64,000 nucleotides of DNA from a virus (IMGVR_UViG_3300009709_000002:96001-160000), one strand, 5' to 3'; shown: positions 7,080 through 16,557, numbered from the stretch's first letter. The notes: a model not told the origin generated them from the letters alone. A program made the numbers and translations.

Positions 7080-7307
7080 TTAAGCTGCAGTTGTGGTCGT
7101 CGTTGTTGCTGGTGCTACGACTGGAGCAACTACCGGTGCTACAACTGGAGCTGGCGTAACAACTGCGTCAGCAGCGTTCACAACATCAGTTACTGCCGTC
7201 GTGACAGAAACTTTCTTCGTGAAGAGGCCCTTAGCTGCATTCCAGATAGCAACCCACAGTGGCGAAAATGCTGCGCCAATTGCGATGCCGATGAGAACGT
7301 CTACCAT
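7080..7307 (-). CDS. small membrane protein with APVV repeats and Thr tail, late-expressed
   Basis: N-terminal TM, AAGGAG RBS, CATAAATA at 7357-7364, own terminator. Confidence 0.7.
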   Translation of the reverse strand: MVDVLIGIAIGAAFSPLWVAIWNAAKGLFTKKVSVTTAVTDVVNAADAVVTPAPVVAPVVAPVVAPATTTTTTAA

Positions 7308-7371
7308 GATAACTCCTTAGAACATGAAGCATACAGGATCGTATACCCCATGCATCTATTTATGACTTCTA

Positions 7372-7641
7372 TCACGGTTGAGGCCAAAATGCATCAAGAA
7401 GTGCCCAATCACTAGGACGTTTCCAGTTCAAGATCATCCCGGTGTTGAGATCGATCTCTAGCTCTACATCATCACTACCACCAATACCTAGATCAGATGG
7501 AACGTAGCCTTCAGTTTCCGCGATGATATTTCCATCAGCATCTTTTGCAAACGCGACGAAACGATCATCACAGTGCGCCTGAAACTTCAAGCGCACTATC
7601 TTCTTCATATCAGCTGATTCCTGAGTAGTCAAAGCTTCCAT
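7372..7641 (-). CDS. hypothetical protein
   Basis: 89 aa, GYVP..D..ELEID..TG.I.NW motif. Confidence 0.7.
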   Translation of the reverse strand: MEALTTQESADMKKIVRLKFQAHCDDRFVAFAKDADGNIIAETEGYVPSDLGIGGSDDVELEIDLNTGMILNWKRPSDWALLDAFWPQP

Positions 7642-7643
7642 TC

Positions 7644-8267
7644 TTACTCCGTGTAGTAACGACCTTCGCGCCAGTCTTTGAGGACTCGGCTGTGTTGGTT
7701 GACGATCTTTGAAGCAAGAAATTCCATCTGGTCCGTCTTGATGTTACGGCTCTTCAAGATCATCGCTTCTGCCTTACATGGAACGTATGGAACGTAGAGC
7801 GGATCCATCGTCTTGGTGCCGAACGGGCTGAATAGATTTCCGCTCAACTTTTCGCCAGGCATCAAGTCATCTTTCAAGTTGTTACAGCCCTTGCAAGCCG
7901 TGACAACGTTCGTCCACTTGTCCTTACCACCCTTTGACTGTGGGTGAATGTGGTCACGCGTCAGTTCCGTAGAACGGAACATTCTTCCGCAGTAAGCACA
8001 GACGTTACGGTCACGAGCAAAGAGAGCCTGGTTCGTTAGCGCAGGTTCACGGTAACGACGTGGGTTCGGAGCTCCATCAACCAAAATGATGCTGCTCGTC
8101 TTAAGAGTTGACTGTTCACCATGGTTGTTGTGGCCACCACGGTAGATGAACATGTCTTCGCCAAAATGCTGCGTGACGAGGTTCTTTGCTTCCAAAATCA
8201 TAGCATCCTGGATGCTAATCCACATGTGTGGTTGGAAGTTTGCGTCTAATGTAAGGATCGCGGTCAT
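7644..8267 (-). CDS. HNH endonuclease (McrA-like)
   Basis: RD..CAYCG..T.DHIHP.SKGG...W.N.VTAC..CN..K. Confidence 0.9.
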   Translation of the reverse strand: MTAILTLDANFQPHMWISIQDAMILEAKNLVTQHFGEDMFIYRGGHNNHGEQSTLKTSSIILVDGAPNPRRYREPALTNQALFARDRNVCAYCGRMFRSTELTRDHIHPQSKGGKDKWTNVVTACKGCNNLKDDLMPGEKLSGNLFSPFGTKTMDPLYVPYVPCKAEAMILKSRNIKTDQMEFLASKIVNQHSRVLKDWREGRYYTE

Positions 8268-8335
8268 GCGGGCCTCTCTTTCTCATTATAGTTTTGACCA
8301 CTTTTAGTCAAAATATGGTTGCTGCGACCATATTT

Positions 8336-8364
8336 ATTTTACTACACAACCGCACGCATGTAAA
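8336..8364 (-). promoter_or_regulatory. early promoter
   Basis: TTTACA-N17-TAAAAT. Confidence 0.7.
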
Positions 8365-8366
8365 AT

Positions 8367-8391
8367 AAAAGGCCGCTAATTAGCGGCCTTT
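8367..8391. terminator. terminator hairpin
   Basis: AAAGGCCGCTA-AT-TAGCGGCCTTT. Confidence 0.7.
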
Positions 8392-8411
8392 GCACTGTGA
8401 CGAAGTTTTCG

Positions 8412-9221
8412 TCAGTGTGTTATCTTTGGCCGCACGGCATCGATAATTTCCTGCACCGATGCATCTGTTCCGAGCTTTTCAGCATCCTCATCAGGAATCT
8501 CAAAGCCAAACTCGTCTTCAAGAGCCATGGTGAGCTCGACAGCGTCGAGAGAATCACCGTCATAATCAGAGCACAGTCGATCCGTTAGGTTGACCGCTGC
8601 TCGGCTTACTCCGTACTGCTCGGAGATTACCTGGATGATGCGATTTGCAACCGCATCGGTCGTACACGCCGGTGTAGCCTTCAAAACCTGAACCTTTGCA
8701 ACTTCAGGAATGAAAAATTCACGGCGTTGTTGCTTCGACATTCGCTTCAGCATCGAAAACACCGTCGCTGTGCGAGCTGCCTTGATGCGAACGCTCGAGT
8801 TATTCACTTCCGCGATGTACGTTCCATTGCGGTCATACAGTGAATTCGGGTGCTCGCCAGGCTTGCTGCCAGTACGAACGATCGCGGCGAAGTTGCCGTT
8901 ATCGAAGACGTACACTTTTGGATTGCGAGGAATTCTCACCTTCTTCGACTTTGTCGTAGTCGGATAAGGCGCAGGCTTCACGTTGGTCGGTCCTGTACCA
9001 GTCGGAAACGGCCATGTCGCTCCAACGACTGTCTTTGCAGACAGCGTAACAGTTGCCGGCTTTTTGCCGGCGATCAAGTCTTCAATCTTGTCGAAGGCTT
9101 TAGCGCGCAGTGCTTTCAAGATTTCATCGAAGAGAGCGTGGGTTTTAGCCACGGTCTTCTGCACACCGTTGATGAAAATCTGAAGACCTGCGGAGTCTTC
9201 CATGAAGTAAATAGGCTTCAA
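8412..9221 (-). CDS. protein with C-terminal acyl carrier protein domain
   Basis: DSLDAVELTMALEDEFGFEIPDEDAEKL is an AcpP signature with the phosphopantetheine Ser. Confidence 0.8.
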   Translation of the reverse strand: MKPIYFMEDSAGLQIFINGVQKTVAKTHALFDEILKALRAKAFDKIEDLIAGKKPATVTLSAKTVVGATWPFPTGTGPTNVKPAPYPTTTKSKKVRIPRNPKVYVFDNGNFAAIVRTGSKPGEHPNSLYDRNGTYIAEVNNSSVRIKAARTATVFSMLKRMSKQQRREFFIPEVAKVQVLKATPACTTDAVANRIIQVISEQYGVSRAAVNLTDRLCSDYDGDSLDAVELTMALEDEFGFEIPDEDAEKLGTDASVQEIIDAVRPKITH

Positions 9222-9256
9222 GATAGCTCCAAGTGGGAGGTTAGTTTACTTGAGAT

Positions 9257-9285
9257 ATTCTAATACAACCAGAGATGATTGTAAA
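9257..9285 (-). promoter_or_regulatory. early promoter
   Basis: TTTACA-N17-TAGAAT. Confidence 0.75.
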
Positions 9286-9290
9286 CTAAT

Positions 9291-9764
9291 TTATGCTTGA
9301 ATTGCGTTAGTCTGCTTTGCGACAGGTTTTTGCTGGTCAGCGTGATGGTCGAGATCGAAGCCACAAACAGCGGTGAGTTCTTTCTGAGTGAGAGTGTCTT
9401 TCAAAGGCGTGGCCAGAGCGGTGGAGTTGATCTCGCCGATCGTGTTCAAGTCATCATCCAACAGTTCGCCGGTGACGATTCGAGATTTCTTCAGCTTGCA
9501 ATCAAACTGCATTGACCGCAAAACTTGCTTGACTTCTTTGCCGCTTGCCGCGGTGGTGCTTTCAAACTCCTTCGCAGGAGCCTTGAGCACGTTTACCAGC
9601 ACAGCTATTCGATTGTTCTTGTCATCTTCTGCTGCATAGCTGATGGTGTCGTTATCCAAGATCAGAATGGTCTGGTCGGTCTCGCCAACCAAGAGCCAAT
9701 CTGCTTGGCACGGCACCGCGCTAAGAAATCCCAACAACAGCGCGGTGAAGTGAATGAATCTCAT
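9291..9764 (-). CDS. exported protein (surface-adhesin E-like)
   Basis: Signal peptide then ADW..., FDC..., AVC pattern. Confidence 0.55.
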   Translation of the reverse strand: MRFIHFTALLLGFLSAVPCQADWLLVGETDQTILILDNDTISYAAEDDKNNRIAVLVNVLKAPAKEFESTTAASGKEVKQVLRSMQFDCKLKKSRIVTGELLDDDLNTIGEINSTALATPLKDTLTQKELTAVCGFDLDHHADQQKPVAKQTNAIQA

Positions 9765-9976
9765 GCACCACATCCATACTTGACTACGAGCTCAGTGAGC
9801 GCAGCCTGTGCATTGACGATTTCAATCTCGTTCGTTTGAGCAAACGTGAGCACTCGGCTCATTGCGTCAACGATTAGGATCTCAGTGAGATCCTCTTCAG
9901 CGACGAGCTTACAGTGAACTACGTTGCGGCCAAACAGATACTTGACGTGTACTTGTACAATCTTTGCTTTTTTCAT
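9761..9976 (-). CDS. hypothetical protein
   Basis: 71 aa, coupled to neighbours. Confidence 0.6.
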   Translation of the reverse strand: MKKAKIVQVHVKYLFGRNVVHCKLVAEEDLTEILIVDAMSRVLTFAQTNEIEIVNAQAALTELVVKYGCGA

Positions 9977-9979
9977 TTG

Positions 9980-10744
9980 CTATATGCTTTTCAAGACTTG
10001 AACCAGGCGATCTTTATGTGCTTCCCAGTCCAATTTTATTGCTTTTTGCTTAGCCCAGTCTGTGTGCCAAACCACGCCATTAAGAAACTGGCGATTTCCT
10101 TCTGCCCACTCCGTCATCGTGTACGTTGCGTTCCGCTGCAGCTCTACCTCTGTCTTCAAGCCGAGATACGACTTGATCAGCTTGCTTTCAGAGCCTTCAT
10201 AGGCCTGCATCAGGTCAGCGTCACGAATGATCTTTTCAACGTGATCAACAGGGCCGCGAACGTATGGATATTGCGTTACATCAACCACGCGCTCTGTAAC
10301 CTTGTATTCCCAGTCACTGATAGCTTCATCAGTGTACTTGCACATATTTATGACAGCCGCGAGAAATTCCTTCGCTCGACGTACGTTCTCCGCATCGTCG
10401 AAATTACCGCCGGTGTGCTTGGCATCATGGCAGATACCGCCGAGAACGAGCGGGCGCCAGTACTCAGACGGAATGTCTTCGAACACCGCACCTTCGAAGA
10501 CGTTAGCGACGAGGCACTCGGTGTGGTAGAGGTTGTGGTACGGTAGGTTGGCCGATGGGTTGAACTGTTTGAACAGCGCCCATGGGATTTCCAACTTCAG
10601 CTTGTGAACGATCAAATCCGCCGCGAGGTTGAAGTTCATAAGCGTCAACTCGTCCAGATGATCATTGAACATGTCAGCTGACGCTTCACGAGCCGAGCTG
10701 TTTGGAAAATGCATCCGGAATTTTTCATTACCCATGATATTCAC
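9980..10744 (-). CDS. HD-domain phosphohydrolase (PDEase-like)
   Basis: PYHNLYH ... CHD ... IRDAD. Confidence 0.8.
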   Translation of the reverse strand: MNIMGNEKFRMHFPNSSAREASADMFNDHLDELTLMNFNLAADLIVHKLKLEIPWALFKQFNPSANLPYHNLYHTECLVANVFEGAVFEDIPSEYWRPLVLGGICHDAKHTGGNFDDAENVRRAKEFLAAVINMCKYTDEAISDWEYKVTERVVDVTQYPYVRGPVDHVEKIIRDADLMQAYEGSESKLIKSYLGLKTEVELQRNATYTMTEWAEGNRQFLNGVVWHTDWAKQKAIKLDWEAHKDRLVQVLKSI

Positions 10745-11183
10745 CTCTCTTCAGTTTGTCGTGTAGGATTCGTTCCTCTTCACCCTTCTTCCAATTACAA
10801 GGACCGCACATCGTCGTGGTGTTCGACAGATTGTCCAGCCCACCCAAGCAACGCGCAATGACGTGATCATGCGTGAACAGCAAGTCATTGCCTTCTTTGT
10901 CATAACCCCACATGTTCAGGTGGTAATGGCCATCTTTTGAAGCCGTGTACATGTCTCGCTCGATAGCAAAGTATGACGCCGAACAACCACACGTCTTGCA
11001 AGTGATGCCATGGCGGGCGAACGTGCGGAGCCGCAGTGACGTCACATGCACAGCTTTGCCACTGACATAACGACGTTCTGCTTTTCGCGGGGCGTCCATG
11101 TCAGCATGAATGAGCGGCATAACCACGTCGAGGCTCACCGTACCAAAGCGGTCATAACGAGGAGTCTTGTTCAGGTCAGTCAT
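10728..11183 (-). CDS. HNH endonuclease-like protein
   Basis: C..CG, THDHVIAR..GG...N...C..CN..K. Confidence 0.75.
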   Translation of the reverse strand: MTDLNKTPRYDRFGTVSLDVVMPLIHADMDAPRKAERRYVSGKAVHVTSLRLRTFARHGITCKTCGCSASYFAIERDMYTASKDGHYHLNMWGYDKEGNDLLFTHDHVIARCLGGLDNLSNTTTMCGPCNWKKGEEERILHDKLKRGEYHG

Positions 11184-11833
11184 ATCATTTCCATCGAGAA
11201 CTTGTTGTTGAGCTGTGCTGCTAGGTCCGTCCTTTGCAGCTCCATGATCATGTCGATGTTTCCTCTAGCATCGGAAAAACCAGCTTCAACTAAGAGCTCA
11301 AAATAGCCGCGAAAGATCTCTAGCATCGCCAGGAATGCCCACTCGAAGATACCTGGAGCGGACGTTTCAGAGTTTCCTGCAATGTTCAAGATCAGCGGAC
11401 GATCAAGCTCTTTAGCTGCTGAGAAAATCCAACCAGAAACATCCGATGCAACATAATCCCAGATTGGAACGGCAGGATTATGTTGCATCGGATGCTTGTG
11501 AGCACGCGGGTCAATCGTGTAAGATGACTTATTGTGCTTTTGAATCGCGTTGAGGGTAAGCTTCGTACCGCTCGAGTTGATCTTTTGCGCGATGATCAAT
11601 GTCTGATCAGCAGCTACTACGTTCTCGATAGTTCGGCCGTAGTAGGAAGAGTTCGACTCAACTAGATCGAAGAAACTTCCCAGCTCCGGCCGAGCGCCGA
11701 TCATGGTGCGCCAAAATTTCGGCGCTTTTCCACCGGTCGGAATGCCAGCGACCTTGGCAGCCCATAGCCCTGCGAGGTCGACACCAGTCTGACCGCCGGA
11801 GATAACTTTGAGTTGATTGAGGCCGATGGACAT
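11180..11833 (-). CDS. SLOG superfamily (YpsA / putative Mo-carrier-like) protein
   Basis: ISGGQTGVD...GG.AP...RT..NV..D...LNIAG. Confidence 0.8.
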   Translation of the reverse strand: MSIGLNQLKVISGGQTGVDLAGLWAAKVAGIPTGGKAPKFWRTMIGARPELGSFFDLVESNSSYYGRTIENVVAADQTLIIAQKINSSGTKLTLNAIQKHNKSSYTIDPRAHKHPMQHNPAVPIWDYVASDVSGWIFSAAKELDRPLILNIAGNSETSAPGIFEWAFLAMLEIFRGYFELLVEAGFSDARGNIDMIMELQRTDLAAQLNNKFSMEMI

Positions 11834-11835
11834 GA

Positions 11836-12327
11836 TTACGCAGCTACTTCTTCAGTTTTGGTGAACACCGTGCCGGCCGGATAACCGGACGCAAGCTGGT
11901 CTACTACCGGCTCGTCGACGACGGACGGATCTTCATACTTCTTCATGTGGCCGTGAATCGTGCCGCCGCTTTCCAGTGCAATGTCGGTGTATTCGACATC
12001 ACCGATGATCGAGCCGCCCGTCTTCACGATCAGCTGTTTCTTCGCGACGACGTGGCCGCGAACGTAGCCTGCCACTATGACGAAATCTGCATCGAGGATG
12101 TCGCCGTTGATGATGCCACCCGCGCCGACAATAACCGCATGCGGCTTCTTGTCTTGGCGCAGCGGCACCATGTCACCATCGCAGACCCCATCAACGCGGA
12201 TGGTATTTGCGTAGACGACGCCATGAATTCGTGTGAGTTTACCGATGAGCGTGTCGAAGCGGTCCGGATTGAAGCCGTTGAACATACCAGCCAAGGCGCG
12301 CGGTTTCAGGGTTGCACGAAATTTCAT
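11836..12327 (-). CDS. bactofilin (polymer-forming cytoskeletal) protein
   Basis: TLIG..T.I.G...IRVDG...G.I.G.I.A..V.V.G.V.G.V.A...GDV.Y..I.LE.G..I.G beta-helix repeats. Confidence 0.85.
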   Translation of the reverse strand: MKFRATLKPRALAGMFNGFNPDRFDTLIGKLTRIHGVVYANTIRVDGVCDGDMVPLRQDKKPHAVIVGAGGIINGDILDADFVIVAGYVRGHVVAKKQLIVKTGGSIIGDVEYTDIALESGGTIHGHMKKYEDPSVVDEPVVDQLASGYPAGTVFTKTEEVAA

Positions 12328-12357
12328 GTTGAACCTCTTATTTGTTAAGATATGTAA

Positions 12358-12386
12358 ATTTTAACATACAAAAGATCAAAAGTAAA
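12358..12386 (-). promoter_or_regulatory. early promoter
   Basis: TTTACT-N17-TAAAAT. Confidence 0.75.
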
Positions 12387-12414
12387 TAGAATAGCACCGG
12401 AGAGTAGGCTAAAC

Positions 12415-12422
12415 CATAAATA
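12415..12422 (+). promoter_or_regulatory. late promoter
   Basis: CATAAATA upstream of the plus-strand two-gene operon. Confidence 0.6.
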
Positions 12423-12485
12423 TTCTTCAATAAAGAATAAAACTAGCACGCACTATGCACTAAATGTATTACAATTCGCGAGGTT

Positions 12486-12785
12486 ATGGGACACATGATG
12501 GACCAGCTCACACTCTTACTAAAACCAATCCTTGCAGGATCAAGTCCAGCAATCACGGCAATACTTATCATATTGCTAGGTGTTGTTGGGTGGATTGCAT
12601 ATCAGCGCGACAAGCACTATCGTGAGACATTTGCAACGCTCACAGACAAGTTTCAAAAGCAAATCGAAGGTGACCGTAGAGATTTGTTGGGGGTTATTGA
12701 GAAGTACCAACAAGGTCAAATTAGCATCATTCAAGCGATTAACGAGATCCGGGTGTTGATCGCCACGATTAGCGGAAAGCTCTAA
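12486..12785 (+). CDS. membrane protein (N-terminal TM plus coiled coil)
   Basis: AITAILIILLGVVGWIAY TM segment. Confidence 0.75.
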   Translation: MGHMMDQLTLLLKPILAGSSPAITAILIILLGVVGWIAYQRDKHYRETFATLTDKFQKQIEGDRRDLLGVIEKYQQGQISIIQAINEIRVLIATISGKL

Positions 12786-12812
12786 TCAACCGTCCAACCG
12801 AAGGAGTTAGAT

Positions 12813-13469
12813 GTGCTAACAAATCTTTTAAAGCGTTCGAAGTTCAAGTTTGGCAAGAACGCAAAAGCAACTGAGGAAAAGCTGGTTGAAACTGCAAAGA
12901 ATTTGCTGGGTCAACGTGATGAGATTGAAAAACAACTCATCGAAGCCGACAAGCTCAATGATGAACTGTCTTGTGTCGTTAAAGAGACACAAGACATTTC
13001 TAATGAGCTAATTTACAAACTTGATCACGAGCTTAGCTTAGCCAAGCGACAGCTCGACTCCGTCTCTAAATCACTAGCCGATGGGTTGATCTTCTTAGAC
13101 CACCTCGGTAGAATCCTACACTTCAACCAAGCTGCTGAAGCTATGCTAGGCGTGCTCGCCGGAGATGTGCTAGGGGAGAACGTTATCAATCTTTTCAGTC
13201 CGTTGAACGCTTCACTTGACAATAAAACTCTTCCTGAAGCTGCAATCGCTCGCTGCTCAAGACGCATTTTCAGCAAGCTCAAAGCCGGTGAATCAATTGA
13301 TGGAGAAAATGTAGGCAATGTCACTCGTCTTGGAAAGAGTTCAATCATCGAGACCCAAACACCAAACGGTCCACACAAGTTCAACTTGACGTTGAACATA
13401 CTTGAACCAAATCCAAGAAAGTCGACTGACGTAAGTTACGTCTGCATCTTCAAGCCTCTGTTCGCTTAA
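12813..13469 (+). CDS. coiled-coil plus PAS domain protein
   Basis: DGLIFLD..GRI..FNQAAE.MLG....DVLG PAS signature; AAGGAG RBS. Confidence 0.8.
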   Translation: MLTNLLKRSKFKFGKNAKATEEKLVETAKNLLGQRDEIEKQLIEADKLNDELSCVVKETQDISNELIYKLDHELSLAKRQLDSVSKSLADGLIFLDHLGRILHFNQAAEAMLGVLAGDVLGENVINLFSPLNASLDNKTLPEAAIARCSRRIFSKLKAGESIDGENVGNVTRLGKSSIIETQTPNGPHKFNLTLNILEPNPRKSTDVSYVCIFKPLFA

Positions 13470-13523
13470 AGATGGCCAAAAGAAAGGGAGACTAGGCTCC
13501 CTTGTTCTTATCTCTGACGAGAT

Positions 13524-15146
13524 TTATTCTGCGTCAGCGTCTTGTGTCACCGGTTTTACCTGCAAAGACGGAATGGTTCCCGCCATCAGCTCGTGAATGA
13601 TAGAATCACCACGACGAGTAAAGTCAACGTAGTCAAAGATTTTCGGTGAGAAGCCTGCCAATTGCATCCAGCCATCACGTGAATCGAGCGGCGTTGACTT
13701 GCCAGAGTCGATATTCACCGCGATCAGCACGGTGCCTTTCTCAAATTGCTTCGTGAAGCTTGGCGAGACGTCCAACTTCTGGTGGTAATAACCACTAACA
13801 CGATTCACTTCCATGTCAGACAGAATAACCACAGTGTCTGGTTCAAATCCAAGATGACCTTTCAGGTTCAACGCCGCAGCGATGTTGGTACCACCGCCCT
13901 TGACCTTTTCCATGATCTGTTTGTACAGTGACATGATCGAGTCATTCGGATTGAGACCTTTCAGGTGCTCTGCCATGTTCGAGAACTGCGTCAGCATGAA
14001 TGTTTCAGCGTTCTTTGCTGACTTGACCAACGCAGCTGCAAAGATCGCAGCGATCTTTGCTGGCGAGTTGTTTTCATGCGAACGATCCAGCTTACCAACT
14101 CCTGGTACACGATGATAGGCAAAATTCAACATTGAGCCAGACGTGTCCATGATGATCCACGGGCGTTGACCGATAGCTTGCAAATTGCCGATTGACGAAT
14201 CAGCTGCTAGCGAGATCGCCGTCAAGAAGTATTGCGGCAAGCCAGCTGTTTGAGCAGCTTCATACGCGGCAATGAATGCCCACGGAAGTTGCTTTGACTT
14301 AGCTACTTGAGCTGGATCTGAAATTCGTGCAAGAACACCATCCACGATAGCCTTATCAACACCAGCTTGGTGAATGTTACGCAGGTTACGAAGCAAAGCC
14401 ATGTAACCAACTTCACCGCTACCACGACGAGAAAGCAGCTGTTCCCAAAGCGCCTTATCAGAAAGACGTTCTTCCGCAGGCTTCTGGCCGTTTGCTGACA
14501 GCTCCACTTCCCACGTGTACGGCGCTTCGAGAGTTTCTGTCATGATCTTCTGGAAGATCGCTGCACGAGCTTCATCACGAGGCGTCGGGTGAGTAACACG
14601 GAGCAAATCCTTGAACTTCAAGGCGCCGTCGCGGTTGTACTTTCCGAACTGATAAGCGTCAAATTTGCTGAATGAGTCAGCTACGCCCTTCTTGATCGCC
14701 ATTGGAATGGCTTTCTTGTCACCAAACACCGTCAGTGCATAAGCATACAAATCGGTGAGCTGGTCTGCGCGTTGAATTACATCCGAAACGAGATTACGCA
14801 TTCCAGACACGTGTAGCTTAGCTTCACGAAGCACCGCCGCGAGCTCAACAACCATGATGATCGGCATCGTGCGGATGTTCATGTTGCTGCGAGCGAATAG
14901 TGCTACTCGGCCAGCGAATTCAGCGCCGATCTCACCATTTTGGGCTACGAGCTGCTTCAAAGCCAGCTTCATGCGGTCTACACGCTCATCAGAGCCTTCA
15001 TAGAATCCATCTCTGCCGTACATCGTTGCGACAACCGTTTCGAACAGGACATGCGTAGGCCCCTTCACGAATTGAAGGTTGCCATTGTGTGACAATGCTA
15101 CTTCACGAACTTGCACTTCTTGATTCTTTGGATTCAATTTCGACAT
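13524..15146 (-). CDS. TROVE/Ro60 (Rsr-like) RNA-binding protein with VWA domain
   Basis: FYE, KY.R, H.P, TWE, YMALLRNLRNI, SKQLP, DTSGSM MIDAS, GGT, SD. Confidence 0.9.
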   Translation of the reverse strand: MSKLNPKNQEVQVREVALSHNGNLQFVKGPTHVLFETVVATMYGRDGFYEGSDERVDRMKLALKQLVAQNGEIGAEFAGRVALFARSNMNIRTMPIIMVVELAAVLREAKLHVSGMRNLVSDVIQRADQLTDLYAYALTVFGDKKAIPMAIKKGVADSFSKFDAYQFGKYNRDGALKFKDLLRVTHPTPRDEARAAIFQKIMTETLEAPYTWEVELSANGQKPAEERLSDKALWEQLLSRRGSGEVGYMALLRNLRNIHQAGVDKAIVDGVLARISDPAQVAKSKQLPWAFIAAYEAAQTAGLPQYFLTAISLAADSSIGNLQAIGQRPWIIMDTSGSMLNFAYHRVPGVGKLDRSHENNSPAKIAAIFAAALVKSAKNAETFMLTQFSNMAEHLKGLNPNDSIMSLYKQIMEKVKGGGTNIAAALNLKGHLGFEPDTVVILSDMEVNRVSGYYHQKLDVSPSFTKQFEKGTVLIAVNIDSGKSTPLDSRDGWMQLAGFSPKIFDYVDFTRRGDSIIHELMAGTIPSLQVKPVTQDADAE

Positions 15147-15198
15147 TCTGTTGCAGCTCCTCGTTGTTAATGATGTGGAGAGTTTTATTTGATAAGAA

Positions 15199-15227
15199 AT
15201 TGTATCACTTTTGAATCAAGAAGTAAA
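15199..15227 (-). promoter_or_regulatory. early promoter for the Ro60 gene
   Basis: TTTACT-N17-TACAAT. Confidence 0.75.
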
Positions 15228-15235
15228 ATTCTTTT

Positions 15236-15275
15236 CTAAAAGAACAATGGTGATAGACCTTTCGATCTATCACCA
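15236..15275 (-). terminator. terminator
   Basis: TGGTGATAGATC-GAAA-GGTCTATCACCA + TTGTTCTTTT. Confidence 0.65.
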
Positions 15276-15319
15276 CTGGATGCAGGTTAGATTTGCTAAC
15301 CTACCCGGCAAGCTGCAGG

Positions 15320-15874
15320 TTAGTGCAGATTTGCCTTGCTTTCGTCGGCGGCGCCAGCTTCGGCTTCCTTCGCGACCTCGGCTTCCTTCGGCAGATCGCC
15401 GGCGGCGTGCACGATGGCCTTGATGATGCGATCGAAGGATTGCGCGACTTTGGCCGGCGGCGCATCTCGGAACAGCGGCATCAGCGTCTTCAGTGCATTC
15501 TCGACGCGCTTGTTGTGCGGCTGGCCGGCCGAAGCGAACGATTCGTCGAGCAGAGCCTGACGAGCGTTTTGCTGGCCTTGACGGCGGCTCATGCGGAAGT
15601 TGTTTCGCGCTTCGTTCCACTTGTCGGCTTGGAACACCCGGGTGACCGTCATCTTTTCCTTCTTCAGGGCCTTGTTCAGGTCTCGGCCGGTCTTGTCTCC
15701 GCCGACCTGCTTCCAGGTGGCTTCGTCAACGACGGAACCGTTAGGCCCGAGGACCACGGTCATGTAGAAGTCACGGCGAACAGGACGTTCTGCTGCCACC
15801 GAGGGATGGTTGCCGTTGCTGCCTGCGGTCGTTTGATCGTTCGATTCTGCAGTCGTTTGCGTGTTGGCGGTCAT
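15320..15874 (-). CDS. hypothetical protein, probably highly expressed early
   Basis: 184 aa, strong GC3 bias, AAGGAG RBS, own promoter 15981-16009 and terminator. Confidence 0.8.
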   Translation of the reverse strand: MTANTQTTAESNDQTTAGSNGNHPSVAAERPVRRDFYMTVVLGPNGSVVDEATWKQVGGDKTGRDLNKALKKEKMTVTRVFQADKWNEARNNFRMSRRQGQQNARQALLDESFASAGQPHNKRVENALKTLMPLFRDAPPAKVAQSFDRIIKAIVHAAGDLPKEAEVAKEAEAGAADESKANLH

Positions 15875-15980
15875 GGTGATGCTCCTTTCAGGGTTGTTTT
15901 GGGTGCACGAGCCCGGATTGTTGTGCAGTTGAATTATCTTCCAACTTTATTCGGTTTCCTTGTTTGGTTACCGTAAGTAT

Positions 15981-16009
15981 ATAGTATCACACAGCTCTTC
16001 AAAAGTAAA
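15981..16009 (-). promoter_or_regulatory. early promoter
   Basis: TTTACT-N17-TACTAT. Confidence 0.75.
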
Positions 16010-16110
16010 CAACAAAATCCACAAAAATGTGGTAATTTTTTGTTAATGATTGATTATACTTTTTGGAAACTCTTGGCTACGGAAGATGTAGCCAAGAGTG
16101 AAGAATTACA

Positions 16111-16557
16111 CTACTTCTCGTTATTTGATGAAATTCCAGATGTCATTGCTGGGTTATATGAGACGAGACCTGGTATGCTCATCTCTAATGCGGCGAGACG
16201 CTCGCGAATGTTTTCGCGAAACCCATACACTTCTGGGTGCTGCATTTCATGAAGGATTTCATGAAGAACACCCTTATCGGAGAGAACGTCATCCGCCGGG
16301 TCAATTACTCCCGCTTTGCTTGCAATCCAGGAGTAGTACGTGAGAGTGTGAACGCACTGAATCAACTCTCGAAGTACGTACTGTGCCGACGGCAGAGGGT
16401 GTGGTGTGAAATCTTTATCCTCAACGTGTTCACCGAGGATTTGCTCCCCGATGTTGCGTTGCTTGACCATTTTAACTGCAGCTTCTTTATCTTGAGCATA
16501 AATGAACGAACTGTAGCGCGTCGCGCCCTGTTCGTAAATTGCAGAAAAATACTTCAT
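16111..16557 (-). CDS. hypothetical protein
   Basis: 148-aa ORF. Confidence 0.65.
   Translation of the reverse strand: MKYFSAIYEQGATRYSSFIYAQDKEAAVKMVKQRNIGEQILGEHVEDKDFTPHPLPSAQYVLRELIQCVHTLTYYSWIASKAGVIDPADDVLSDKGVLHEILHEMQHPEVYGFRENIRERLAALEMSIPGLVSYNPAMTSGISSNNEK

Noticed and set aside
15147-15319. Canonical YrlA Y RNA adjacent to the Ro60 gene
   Set aside because: The interval is explained by a terminator and a promoter; no T-loop (GTTCRA) module is present.
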